Shown: positions 37,834 through 46,350 of the stretch, in pieces
Numbering within the stretch: the stretch's first letter is position 1
How the letters are laid out: each line of letters begins with the position of its first letter
From: Candidatus Firestoneibacteriota bacterium
Lineage (GTDB): Bacteria > Oederibacteriota > D2-FULL-39-29
Length of the DNA stretch: 64,000 nucleotides
Assembly: GCA_903891415.1 (NCBI GenBank)
Contig: CAITEH010000012.1
Span: forward strand, 1,136-65,135
Direction of reading: 5' to 3'
The notes under the pieces: generated by a model
Seen by the model: the letters and a program-made list of their open reading frames with translations, nothing else
What the model was told of the DNA's origin: nothing
Database searches by the model: none
Program-made: the position numbers and the translations under genes

Positions 37834-37953
37834 GTCATAAAGTCTATAAGGTCCATAAGGTTCGTAAAGTCTATAAGGGCGTAAGGTCTGGAAGGGCAGG
37901 AAGGGCAGAAACGTCTGTAAAAGTCCGTAAAAGTCTATAAAGGTCTATAAAGG
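37834..37953 (+). repeat. Array of about 13 units of the 9-bp GTCYRTAAR repeat family
   Basis: The array reads GTCATAAA GTCTATAAG GTCCATAAG GTTCGTAAA GTCTATAAG GGCGTAAG GTCTGGAAG GGCAGGAAG GGCAGAAAC GTCTGTAAAA GTCCGTAAAA GTCTATAAAG GTCTATAAAGG. It fills the gap between the convergent typA and GT4 genes and overlaps the last 3 codons of GT4. Confidence 0.85.
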
Positions 37954-39249
37954 GGTGTTTAACATTTCTTTTTCGTAAAAACTTACGGTTTCTTCCACCA
38001 TCTTTTCCTGAGAATAGGAAACCAGCGCGCATTTTCTTCCGTTACTTCCAAACTCAGAGGCCTGTACCGGGTTTTCCATTATTTTAAGAAGTCCTTCCGC
38101 CAGGGCTTCCGGATCATTTGGTTTCACCAGGATACCGGCATTGCCCTTATTTACAAATTCCCTGTAGATACCGGAATCCGGAAGCACAACGGGAATACCC
38201 GAGGCCATGGCTTCAAGCACCGCAAAACCCCGGGATTCGGAAAAACGGCTGGGAACTGAAAAAACACTCAGGCCTTTTAGAAAATCAGCTTTTTCTTTAA
38301 GCCCGGGTACTCCGGAGTAATGGAACCTGTCCGACAGCCCCTCTTCTTTAAGGCGTTTTTTGCAATTCTTAAAATACACTTTGTGCCTCGCGCCCAGAGT
38401 AAGCCCGGCGGCCCAAAACTCCGCCTGCTTGCCGTATTTTTTTGCAAGCAGAATGAACGCTTCCACCAGCAGGTCAAAACCCTTGGCGGGCATTATCCTG
38501 GAAAGAAAGCCGATCTTGAACGGCTCAACGGCCCGCTTTGCCTCAGGTTTGTAATAGCCCGTATTTATTCCGAACGTCCGGGTCTCCACCCTGGCTTTAT
38601 CAACCGCGAGAAAATAAGCCATCTCCTCGGCATACGCTTTCGACGGGGCAAGGAATTTTTGAATATATTTTGTGTTCACGCGCATCAGTTCCTGGGCCTC
38701 CTTTGCAAAAGGAGCCGGGAGGTGGCTGATAAAATCTTCTTCCCCCATAAGCTGGCAGTAGATCCGGGCTTTAAGCTCTTTTTCTATAACAGGCGCGATG
38801 CCTATCAGCATGGAATTTGTGATGATAACTATGTCCGGCGTGCCGGCTTTTTTCATGGCTTCGACCAGGCGGGCCACTTCCCTCTGCTGATAACCCTCAT
38901 TACCTTTAAGGACCGAAACGGTCATGGCTCCCAGCCGGGCAGGGTCTATATCAATGGAAAAAGACATCATAAGTTTCAGCAGGGAAGGTGATTCCAGGAG
39001 TTTATCCAGAAGCCCGGGGCTTCTTTTTCTGAAAGGTTCAAAATTCTGTTCAAGAAAGGCGTTTATTCCAGAAAAATAGATCTTTTTTTCTTTCCGGGGA
39101 AGTTCAAAGTCAACTTTTACGGGGGTATAAAGCGGGTAGATAGAAACCTCGTGCCCTTTATTTATAAGCCCCTGAGCCAAATACATATCGTGCATACAGG
39201 CCCCGCAGTACATTTCCCCGGCCCCGGCCGTAATAAGGTCAATTTTCAT
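37945..39249 (-). CDS. Glycosyltransferase family 4 (GT-B, group 1)
   Basis: 434 aa. The C-terminal half LSVFSVPSRFSESRGFAVLEAMASGIPVVLPDSGIYREFV contains the GT4 E-x7-E region. Confidence 0.88.
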   Translation of the reverse strand: MKIDLITAGAGEMYCGACMHDMYLAQGLINKGHEVSIYPLYTPVKVDFELPRKEKKIYFSGINAFLEQNFEPFRKRSPGLLDKLLESPSLLKLMMSFSIDIDPARLGAMTVSVLKGNEGYQQREVARLVEAMKKAGTPDIVIITNSMLIGIAPVIEKELKARIYCQLMGEEDFISHLPAPFAKEAQELMRVNTKYIQKFLAPSKAYAEEMAYFLAVDKARVETRTFGINTGYYKPEAKRAVEPFKIGFLSRIMPAKGFDLLVEAFILLAKKYGKQAEFWAAGLTLGARHKVYFKNCKKRLKEEGLSDRFHYSGVPGLKEKADFLKGLSVFSVPSRFSESRGFAVLEAMASGIPVVLPDSGIYREFVNKGNAGILVKPNDPEALAEGLLKIMENPVQASEFGSNGRKCALVSYSQEKMVEETVSFYEKEMLNTPL

Positions 39250-39274
39250 GGGAGCAGTACCTGATGAAAAGAAT

Positions 39275-39360
39275 GTCCATAAAGTCTATAAGGTCTAAAC
39301 GGTCTATAAGGTCCATAAGGTTCGTAAGGTCTGTAAGGTCTGTAAAGTCTATAAGGTTTG
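39275..39360 (+). repeat. Array of about 10 units of the 9-bp GTCYRTAAR repeat family (strict 9-nt phase)
   Basis: The array reads GTCCATAAA GTCTATAAG GTCTAAACG GTCTATAAG GTCCATAAG GTTCGTAAG GTCTGTAAG GTCTGTAAA GTCTATAAG GTTTGAAAA. It starts 26 nt from the GT4 start codon. Confidence 0.88.
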
Positions 39361-39398
39361 AAAAAGTTCATAGAGTAAGCTCTCCTTTTTCTTTTAGA

Positions 39399-41006
39399 TT
39401 ATCCCTGATTTCTGATCTCTTTTTCAAGGTAAATGGCACCGGTCGGGCAGGCCCGGGCGCATTCTTCAGAAACTTTTTCCTGCAGTTTATTAAATTTCCT
39501 GTTGAAAGGGAGCCCTATTTTAGTTTTGAAACCCCTGCCAATATAGGCCATGCTGTCAAATTCCCCGTGTTTTTCGCATATTTTCACGCAAATACCGCAC
39601 ATGATGCATTTCCCTGATTCATAAACAACCCCGGTCTTTTTAATATCCCTGGAGAAACCCCGTTTTTCGCCTTTTAAAGCGTCCGGCTCCGCGTTATACT
39701 CGATCGCGTATTTCATTAAAAGACAGGCAGCCGCTTTCCGGCACTCACACCCCAGGCATCTCAGGGCTTCTTCGATAACCTCGCCTGCAGTAAAAGGCAG
39801 CCTTTCCTCCCCCGGGTTCTCCGTTATGATTTTCATATCCACCATACTGTTCAGAAAACGTCCGAGCTCCGGAGCTCCCTTTAAGAATAGCTCCTGCTCT
39901 TTTTCGGAAAGTTTTCCCATCCGCGCGGAAAACGGTTTTTTTTCTATCCCGGGCTCCAGGCCGTTCAAATACCTGTTTATGGAGCCGGCCGCCCGCCTCC
40001 CCACTTCGGAGGCCCTGACCGCCAGAGTCGTTTTGGGCCCGGCAAATACTCCCTTGATACCGGCCGCGTAAGTTTCTTTCTCAAAAACCACACCGTTTGG
40101 GCCGGTACGCACGCCTTCTTTTTCCAGGCCTACCAGATCCTCCGGGTTGCTCCCCGCGGCCAGGAAGACCGCGTTAAATTCCCGTAAAAGGTCTTTCAGG
40201 AATATATCCCTGTGCAGTACTTTTTTTTGTTCGAACTTTACGCCCAGCCCGGCTATTACGGCTATTTCTTTGTTTAAAATTTCATCCGGCAGCCTGTCTT
40301 TACTGATAGCATACCTTAGCGTTCCCCCCGCCTTTTCATTTTTATCATAAACCACCACTTCGTGACCGTATGCGCGCAGGTAATAGGCCGCCGTAAGCCC
40401 CGCGGGCCCGGCCCCTATTATGGCGGCCTTCTTACCGGTCGCTTTTGCGGCCTCCGGGCTGAAAGGTTTTCCTGAATAAAGGTCAAAATCGGCGGCGTAT
40501 CTTTTAAGATGGCAAATGGCGACCGGCGCGTCACCGTCCTTCCTTCTGCACACTTTCTCGCATACCTCCGGGCAAATTCTCCCGAGGACCGCCGGTAAAG
40601 CCACCTTCTGCTTAATGGTCCTGAGCGCGGCTCTATTGTCGCCTCTTTTAAGTTCGGTGATAAATTTTGGAATATCTATATGCGCAGGGCAGCCGGATTG
40701 GCAGGGCCCCAGGCAATCCCCCGTATGGTCCGACAGTAATAATTCCAGAGCCCGTTTTCTGGCCTGCCTTACCCTCGCGGTTTCTGTATGAATACTCATG
40801 CCGGCTTCCGCTTTGGCCGCGCAAGCCGGAACAAGCGCCGGTTTACCTTCCACTTCCACCACACAGATAAAACAGGTGGTCAAAGCCCCGATTTCCTTAA
40901 GGTAGCACATTGTGGGAATAGTAATACCGTTCCCGGCCGCGGCTTCCACCAGATTCTCGCCTTCCTTGAAATTATAGGTACTGCCGTTAATTTTTATTTC
41001 AGGCAT
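39399..41006 (-). CDS. GltD-like NAD(P)H/FAD oxidoreductase with N-terminal 2Fe-2S ferredoxin domain and C-terminal 4Fe-4S domain
   Basis: 535 aa. The N-terminus IKINGSTYNFKEGENLVEAA..GITIPTMCYL is a NuoG/HydA-type fer2 domain. Also present are the GltD alpha-helical FeS region (DHTGDCLGPCQSGCP, RICPEVCEKVCRR), the dinucleotide motif AAIIGAGPAGLTAAYYL, and C-terminal CIMCGICVKIC ... CARACPTGAI. Confidence 0.85.
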   Translation of the reverse strand: MPEIKINGSTYNFKEGENLVEAAAGNGITIPTMCYLKEIGALTTCFICVVEVEGKPALVPACAAKAEAGMSIHTETARVRQARKRALELLLSDHTGDCLGPCQSGCPAHIDIPKFITELKRGDNRAALRTIKQKVALPAVLGRICPEVCEKVCRRKDGDAPVAICHLKRYAADFDLYSGKPFSPEAAKATGKKAAIIGAGPAGLTAAYYLRAYGHEVVVYDKNEKAGGTLRYAISKDRLPDEILNKEIAVIAGLGVKFEQKKVLHRDIFLKDLLREFNAVFLAAGSNPEDLVGLEKEGVRTGPNGVVFEKETYAAGIKGVFAGPKTTLAVRASEVGRRAAGSINRYLNGLEPGIEKKPFSARMGKLSEKEQELFLKGAPELGRFLNSMVDMKIITENPGEERLPFTAGEVIEEALRCLGCECRKAAACLLMKYAIEYNAEPDALKGEKRGFSRDIKKTGVVYESGKCIMCGICVKICEKHGEFDSMAYIGRGFKTKIGLPFNRKFNKLQEKVSEECARACPTGAIYLEKEIRNQG

Positions 41007-41013
41007 ATTCTGT

Positions 41014-43377
41014 TCACTCCAGATCTACCGCTTCCGATTTGCATACGGCCCTGCAGGAATCGCATTTAATACATTTTCCCTGGTTTATTTCATGCTTTTT
41101 AAAGGGCTGTGCCTGTATGGCTTCTGACGGGCAGGCCTGCGCGCAAAGCGTGCAGCCGATGCATTTGTCGTTTACGGTATATTTGATCAGGTCCTTGCAT
41201 TTTTTAGCCGGGCACTTCCCTTTTACATGCGCCGCATATTCTTCTCTAAAATATTTAAGAGTGGTCAACACCGGATTGGGGGCCGTTTTTCCCAGGCCGC
41301 ACAAGCTCCCCGCCTTTATATCATTTGCCAGCGTTTCCAGCCGGGCAATATCTTCAAGCTGGCCGCGGCCCGCGCAGAACCTGCCGAGAAGCTCCAGCAT
41401 CCTTTTTGTGCCTATACGGCAGAAGGTGCACTTGCCGCAGGATTGGTCCTGGGTGAACTCAAGAAAAAATCTCGCGAAATCTACCATGCAGTCGGAATCA
41501 TCCAGCACGACCAGCCCGCCCGAGCCCATAATGGCGCCGGTCTCTGTTATCTTTTCAAAATCTATAGGCAGATCAGCCAGACTCTCGGGGATACAGCCCC
41601 CGGAAGGGCCGCCTATCTGGACCGCTTTGAATTTTCTCCCTTTTTTAACCCCGCCCCCGATACCTTCGACCACTTCTCTTATAGTTATCCCCATGGGCAC
41701 TTCTATCAGGCCGCCTCTTAGAACATTACCCGCGAGCGCGAAAACTTTGGTGCCCTTGCTCCTGGCGGTCCCTATCCCGGAATAATTTTCGGCGCCGTTT
41801 TTTATTATCCAGGGCACGCAGGCATAGGTCTCCACGTTGTTAATATTTGTCGGGCAGGCAAACAGGCCGCTTACCGCGGGGTACGGCGGACGGAAGGCCG
41901 GCATGCCGCGCCTGCCTTCTATAGAAGCTATAAGAGCAGTTTCCTCCCCGCAGATAAAAGCGCCGGCTCCGCGGAAAATATGAAGTTTCAAATTGAAACC
42001 TGTCCCCAGAATATTATTTCCCAGGAGCCCCTCTTTCTCGCACTCCGCCAGCGCGTGCCTGATGTTTTCCAGAGCCAGCGGGTATTCTTCCCTGATATAT
42101 AAATAACCCTCGTCAATGCCGATGGCAAAAGCGGCAAGAGCAATACCTTCAAGCACCCTGTACGGATAGGACTCCAATAACATCCTGTCCATAAAAGCGC
42201 CGGGATCACCCTCGTCCCCGTTGCAAATTATGTATTTCTTCCCGGCCCGGGAGGCCCTTGTGAGCTCCCATTTTAACCCGGTAGGAAAACCGGCTCCGCC
42301 CCTGCCCCTGAGCCCGGACTTCTTGACTTCAGAAATTATTTCCGCCGGCTGCAGGGACTTAAGCGCCTTTTCCAGCGCGGTAAAGCCGCCTTTTTCCTTA
42401 TATTCCTGAAGATCAAGCGGGTCCACTTCCCCGTAATTCTCAAGGACCAGCCTTTTTTGGGGGCCCAGAAAAGCGCAAGCCGGGCCTTTATCCAGAGCCA
42501 GAGGATCTATCTGCTCCGGCCCGTCGTAATACTCAAAGGTAAAAAAGTCATAACCTTTTTTAATTGTGTTCAAGAATTTCTTAACGGGCCCGGCCGGCAG
42601 GAGATGTTTATCACAGATAAGTTTTACATCCTCCGGTTTAACATCTGCATAAAACGTGGAAACGCCTTCCGGAGACACAACTTCGGTAAAAGGATTACTG
42701 TGGCACATACCCACGCAGCCGACCTTCTTGGTGACCGCTTCCAGCGAATTCCGGTCTATATATTCGTCAAAAGCATCCTTCACATCCTTGCTGCCGCTCG
42801 CGACACAGCAGGAACCGAGCCCGATCTTAATGACTGTTTTACCTTTGGCTTCCGGGACGGATGTTTCCGGAAGGCCTTTTTGCAGATTGCCGGAGACGGT
42901 ATTCAGAAAAAGGCCGATCATATCGGGTATGGACTGGGCGGTCACATGCCCGTAGGTAAGCCCGTCTATCTTGACCACGGGCGCCAGCGTGCAGCACCCG
43001 AAGCAGGCGGCCTTCTCCACCGTAAAGAGCCCCGTAACGTCGGTGTCTTTACCTTCTTCTATCTTCAAATAACGCCTGACCGCATCCGTTATCAACGGCG
43101 CGCCTTTAACATGGCAGGCCGTTCCGTGACAGACCGCAAGGACATGTTTACCCACCGGCGTATGCCGGAACTGGGTGTAAAAAGTGGAAACGCCGGTTAT
43201 CTGCGCTCTGGTAATTTCGGTAAGCTCGCAGACCCGCTGCAGCGCTTCCTCCGGCAGGTAGCGGAAATGTTTCTGCAACTCCTGTAAAATAGGAATTACC
43301 AGCCTGCTCTCTGTGCCCAGCGAGGCCACGATGGTTTTAACTACTTCAAGGTCTATGTGCTCTTTGTTTTCGTTCAC
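41014..43377 (-). CDS. Fused NuoE-like + NuoF-like NADH-binding FMN/FeS flavoprotein (HydC-HydB/BfuC-BfuB type)
   Basis: 787 aa. The GTG start overlaps the upstream stop (GTGA). It has a NuoE thioredoxin-like 2Fe-2S (VCHGTACHVKGA...CFGCCTLAP), a second 2Fe-2S-like insert (GSCCVASG...VGCVGMCH), a NuoF core (RGRGGAGFPTGLKW, SCGKCTFCRIG, SLCGLGKTAPNP) and a C-terminal 2x[4Fe-4S] (CIGCTLCAQACP, CIKCDSCRAVC). Confidence 0.9.
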   Translation of the reverse strand: MNENKEHIDLEVVKTIVASLGTESRLVIPILQELQKHFRYLPEEALQRVCELTEITRAQITGVSTFYTQFRHTPVGKHVLAVCHGTACHVKGAPLITDAVRRYLKIEEGKDTDVTGLFTVEKAACFGCCTLAPVVKIDGLTYGHVTAQSIPDMIGLFLNTVSGNLQKGLPETSVPEAKGKTVIKIGLGSCCVASGSKDVKDAFDEYIDRNSLEAVTKKVGCVGMCHSNPFTEVVSPEGVSTFYADVKPEDVKLICDKHLLPAGPVKKFLNTIKKGYDFFTFEYYDGPEQIDPLALDKGPACAFLGPQKRLVLENYGEVDPLDLQEYKEKGGFTALEKALKSLQPAEIISEVKKSGLRGRGGAGFPTGLKWELTRASRAGKKYIICNGDEGDPGAFMDRMLLESYPYRVLEGIALAAFAIGIDEGYLYIREEYPLALENIRHALAECEKEGLLGNNILGTGFNLKLHIFRGAGAFICGEETALIASIEGRRGMPAFRPPYPAVSGLFACPTNINNVETYACVPWIIKNGAENYSGIGTARSKGTKVFALAGNVLRGGLIEVPMGITIREVVEGIGGGVKKGRKFKAVQIGGPSGGCIPESLADLPIDFEKITETGAIMGSGGLVVLDDSDCMVDFARFFLEFTQDQSCGKCTFCRIGTKRMLELLGRFCAGRGQLEDIARLETLANDIKAGSLCGLGKTAPNPVLTTLKYFREEYAAHVKGKCPAKKCKDLIKYTVNDKCIGCTLCAQACPSEAIQAQPFKKHEINQGKCIKCDSCRAVCKSEAVDLE

Positions 43378-45077
43378 TTATTTCCTATGCAAACAAGATT
43401 CTTTTCGCTTCTAATAAATATTCTGCCGCCCGCAAAGGCAGGCGAGGCCGAACATTTCTCGCCCATATCCATGGTTTTGATCAGTTTGCCGCCGTAGCTT
43501 ACCGTATAAACCTTGCCCTGCTGGGAAGGTATATAGACGGTGCCGTTTACCAGGGAAGGGGAAGCCCAGAAATCATCTTCCAGCGCAAGCTTCCAGAGGG
43601 TTTTTCCTGTTTTAATATCCTGCCCGGTTATCAAAGAGTTCATCGCGACCACAAGAATTTTCCCGTCGGTGACGGGCGTGTTTATGGCCTGATTTTCTTC
43701 CTGCATGGACCAGGCTATTTTTGTTTTAGTTACCTCTCCAAAACCCCCGGGAGTGATAGCGGTAACGGTCGAGACCGAGCCGACGTCAATAACGACAACA
43801 ACGCCGCCGCCATAGACCGCGGAAGTGGAGATCTCTCCGGCAAGGCATTTTACCCGCCAGAGCTCTTTCCCCGTTTCCGGGTCATAGGCTATCACCTGCT
43901 CCGGCCCCGTGGTTATTATTTCATTTTTCCCGTTATGTTCAATTATTATGGGCGTGCCCCAGGAAGCGCCGTCCGGCCTTTTCGTCTCCCAGACGGTCTT
44001 GCCTGATTTTTTGTCCAGCGCGGCTATTTTTGAAAGCCCTTCTCCGCCCAGGTCCAGCTGCACTATGATATTTTTTTTCCAGAGTACCGGGGAAGAAGAA
44101 AGGCCGTAAGTATTTTCCGTTTTCCCGAAATATTTGACCCAGAGCTGTTTTCCTTTCAGGTCAAAGCAAACCAGGTGATCCGTGGCAAAGAGCGCAAAAA
44201 CATGTTCCCCGTCGGTCACCGGTGTGGGCGCGGCATAACCCGCCCCGCCGGCGTCTTCCGACATTATTTCAATATCTTCCAGCTTGACCGGAACCATTAC
44301 GCTGGAAGCCCATTTACAGCTGCCTTTTACCGCATCATAGCAGAGCACCTTCAGGACTTTGCCTTCACTGCCGGTAAGGAAAAGGTTATCCTTATAAACC
44401 ACCGGGGAACTGTAGGATCTCGCGGACAGGGCCGTTTTCCAGAGAATATTTTTTCCTGTTTTCAGGTCCCATTCCCCCGCGTAATTCCCTTCCTTCACCA
44501 GCCCGCTGCCGGCCGGGCCGCGAAAACTATTCCAGCTCGAAGACAGGTCGATTTCTTTTTCGTTCCCGGCAGCCGCCGCCTCAAAGCCCATTTTTCTGGC
44601 GCCCAGGACCGCGAACACCCCGAGCAGGCCCAGGAGGACGAGTCCCGTTACCGCCGCAGCGGCCAGAGAGTTATTAATTCCCGCGCCCCCGGCCCTATAA
44701 ACTGTTTCACTGCCCTTTTTTACCTCAGGGATCCTTCCGGTCAGGGCCCGTTCAAAACGCAGAGCGAGCAGAGCCAGCAGGAGAAAGACAATAAATATAT
44801 TTTTACCTTGCTCCAGAATAACGCTCTTTCTGAAAAAAGCGGCCCTTTCCTTCAGGTCTTTTTCCCTGAACTCCCGGAGCAGATTCTCGTGATCCGGATA
44901 TTTATCAAGTTTGGCCTTGAGGGCTTCCAGCGCCGGGGAATCCTTAATATTGCCCTGCTGGCCCGTTAGATAATAGCCGGCCAGGAAAAGCGCGGCAATA
45001 AGAGCAATAGCCGCGGACGCAACGGCCGCCTGCTTTAACGCGAGGCGGAATATGTTATTTAACGTTTCTCTGTCCAT
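43374..45077 (-). CDS. Membrane-anchored (about 3 TM) PQQ-like beta-propeller repeat protein
   Basis: 567 aa. The N-terminal ~170 aa carries three hydrophobic helices. These are followed by repeated xxALDxxTGKxLW-type blades (VLCYDAVKGSCKW, LVCFDLKGKQLW, IAALDKKSGKTVW, VIAYDPETGKELW, ITGQDIKTGKTLW). Confidence 0.85.
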   Translation of the reverse strand: MDRETLNNIFRLALKQAAVASAAIALIAALFLAGYYLTGQQGNIKDSPALEALKAKLDKYPDHENLLREFREKDLKERAAFFRKSVILEQGKNIFIVFLLLALLALRFERALTGRIPEVKKGSETVYRAGGAGINNSLAAAAVTGLVLLGLLGVFAVLGARKMGFEAAAAGNEKEIDLSSSWNSFRGPAGSGLVKEGNYAGEWDLKTGKNILWKTALSARSYSSPVVYKDNLFLTGSEGKVLKVLCYDAVKGSCKWASSVMVPVKLEDIEIMSEDAGGAGYAAPTPVTDGEHVFALFATDHLVCFDLKGKQLWVKYFGKTENTYGLSSSPVLWKKNIIVQLDLGGEGLSKIAALDKKSGKTVWETKRPDGASWGTPIIIEHNGKNEIITTGPEQVIAYDPETGKELWRVKCLAGEISTSAVYGGGVVVVIDVGSVSTVTAITPGGFGEVTKTKIAWSMQEENQAINTPVTDGKILVVAMNSLITGQDIKTGKTLWKLALEDDFWASPSLVNGTVYIPSQQGKVYTVSYGGKLIKTMDMGEKCSASPAFAGGRIFIRSEKNLVCIGNK

Positions 45078-46350
45078 CTCTTTTCAACTGCTCCTGTCTT
45101 TCCACGGGGCAATCCATAAAACACCTGCCGCAGGAAAGGCACCTGGCGCCGTCCGGTTCATAGATCTCCCGTTTAGGTTTTCTTGAAGCATACAACAACT
45201 GCAGGCCCAGCACAAACATGATCCAGAGCCCCAGCAGGGAACCGCCTTTTTTGAACTTATTCTTGAGCGCCTCCGCCCTGGTAAAAAGAAGCTCCGGGCT
45301 CTCCCCGCTGTCCAGATAAACTTTCACCTCGTCAGAAATACCGCCGGGGCCGGGACCCTCTTCATAATAGGCGTGTATTTCCACGGCCAGCCCGACTTCT
45401 TTATTATAGGCAGAACAGAAAGCGCCGGTGTAGTTCCCGAGTATGACTCCCGCGAGCAGGCCGGAAATAAATAAAATTGCAGGGAGAGCACCTTTCTTGA
45501 TATTTCTTTTTTCCGGCTTTTCAGGTTTATTGATGGCGCCAAAAGGACAGGAGTCCTCGCAGAGCCGGCAGACAATGCATTTATCCGGAGTCACGGTCAC
45601 TTTATTCCTGCTCACCAGGGAAAGAGGTTTTAACAGCGCGCCATAGGGACAGATAAAACGGCAATACGGGCGCCCGATAAAAAGCGAGAGTACCAGAAAT
45701 ATTCCTCCGGTCACAAGCATAGAGAAAGGCCCGGTAAGCCGGAAGAACGGAACAAAAGGATCGTATTTACAGATAAGAAAAGTTGAGCCGGTCACCGCGA
45801 AAAGTACGGCCAGGCCGAGATAGATATAGGCGAACAGGGAAAGAGAACGGTCAAGCCAGCGCGGTATTTTCAGCTCTTTTATCAAAAGCAGGTCCTGCAG
45901 CGCGCCATGCGGGCAGGCGCCGCCGCAATAGGCCCGGCCTGCAAAAAGCGAAGCCGCCAGGGGAATAATAAAAATCAGTACCGCCGTAAACGGCATATAA
46001 TAGCCGGGTGAGGAAAGCGCCAGGGCGGCATCCTGTACCGCGCCTATGGGACAGATACAGCCCTCCTTATAAAATCCAAAATAAAGAAGAGAGAACAAGG
46101 AGAGGAGCATGATAATATTTCTGGATCTTTTTTTGAGAGAAGCCCAGGCAGAAAGTAAAATAACCGCAAGCAGAATAAAAATATCCAGATATGCCAGAAT
46201 TTCGGCCCGGGCGGGAGGCCTCTGCATGACCGGCAGGGAGTAATTGGACTCAAACTCCGGAGGCGGGAATTTATATTCCGCAAAAACCGCCCCGAGGGCC
46301 AGACAGAGAAATATTGAGGCAATAAAAAGTCTTTTATAATTTATTTTCAT
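45055..46350 (-). CDS. NapH/NosH/MauN-like polytopic 4Fe-4S membrane protein
   Basis: 431 aa with AAGGAAGG RBS and multiple TM helices. It has two CX3CP motifs (YCGGACPHGAL, YCRFICPYGAL) and two ferredoxin motifs (CIVCRLCEDSCP, CLSCGRCFMDCP). Confidence 0.85.
   Translation of the reverse strand: MKINYKRLFIASIFLCLALGAVFAEYKFPPPEFESNYSLPVMQRPPARAEILAYLDIFILLAVILLSAWASLKKRSRNIIMLLSLFSLLYFGFYKEGCICPIGAVQDAALALSSPGYYMPFTAVLIFIIPLAASLFAGRAYCGGACPHGALQDLLLIKELKIPRWLDRSLSLFAYIYLGLAVLFAVTGSTFLICKYDPFVPFFRLTGPFSMLVTGGIFLVLSLFIGRPYCRFICPYGALLKPLSLVSRNKVTVTPDKCIVCRLCEDSCPFGAINKPEKPEKRNIKKGALPAILFISGLLAGVILGNYTGAFCSAYNKEVGLAVEIHAYYEEGPGPGGISDEVKVYLDSGESPELLFTRAEALKNKFKKGGSLLGLWIMFVLGLQLLYASRKPKREIYEPDGARCLSCGRCFMDCPVERQEQLKRDGQRNVK

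Noticed and set aside
37823-37944. Hairpin-type intrinsic terminator between convergent typA and GT4
   Set aside because: I could not find a GC-rich stem followed by a T-run on either strand. The gap is occupied by the 9-bp repeat array, so no terminator feature is called.
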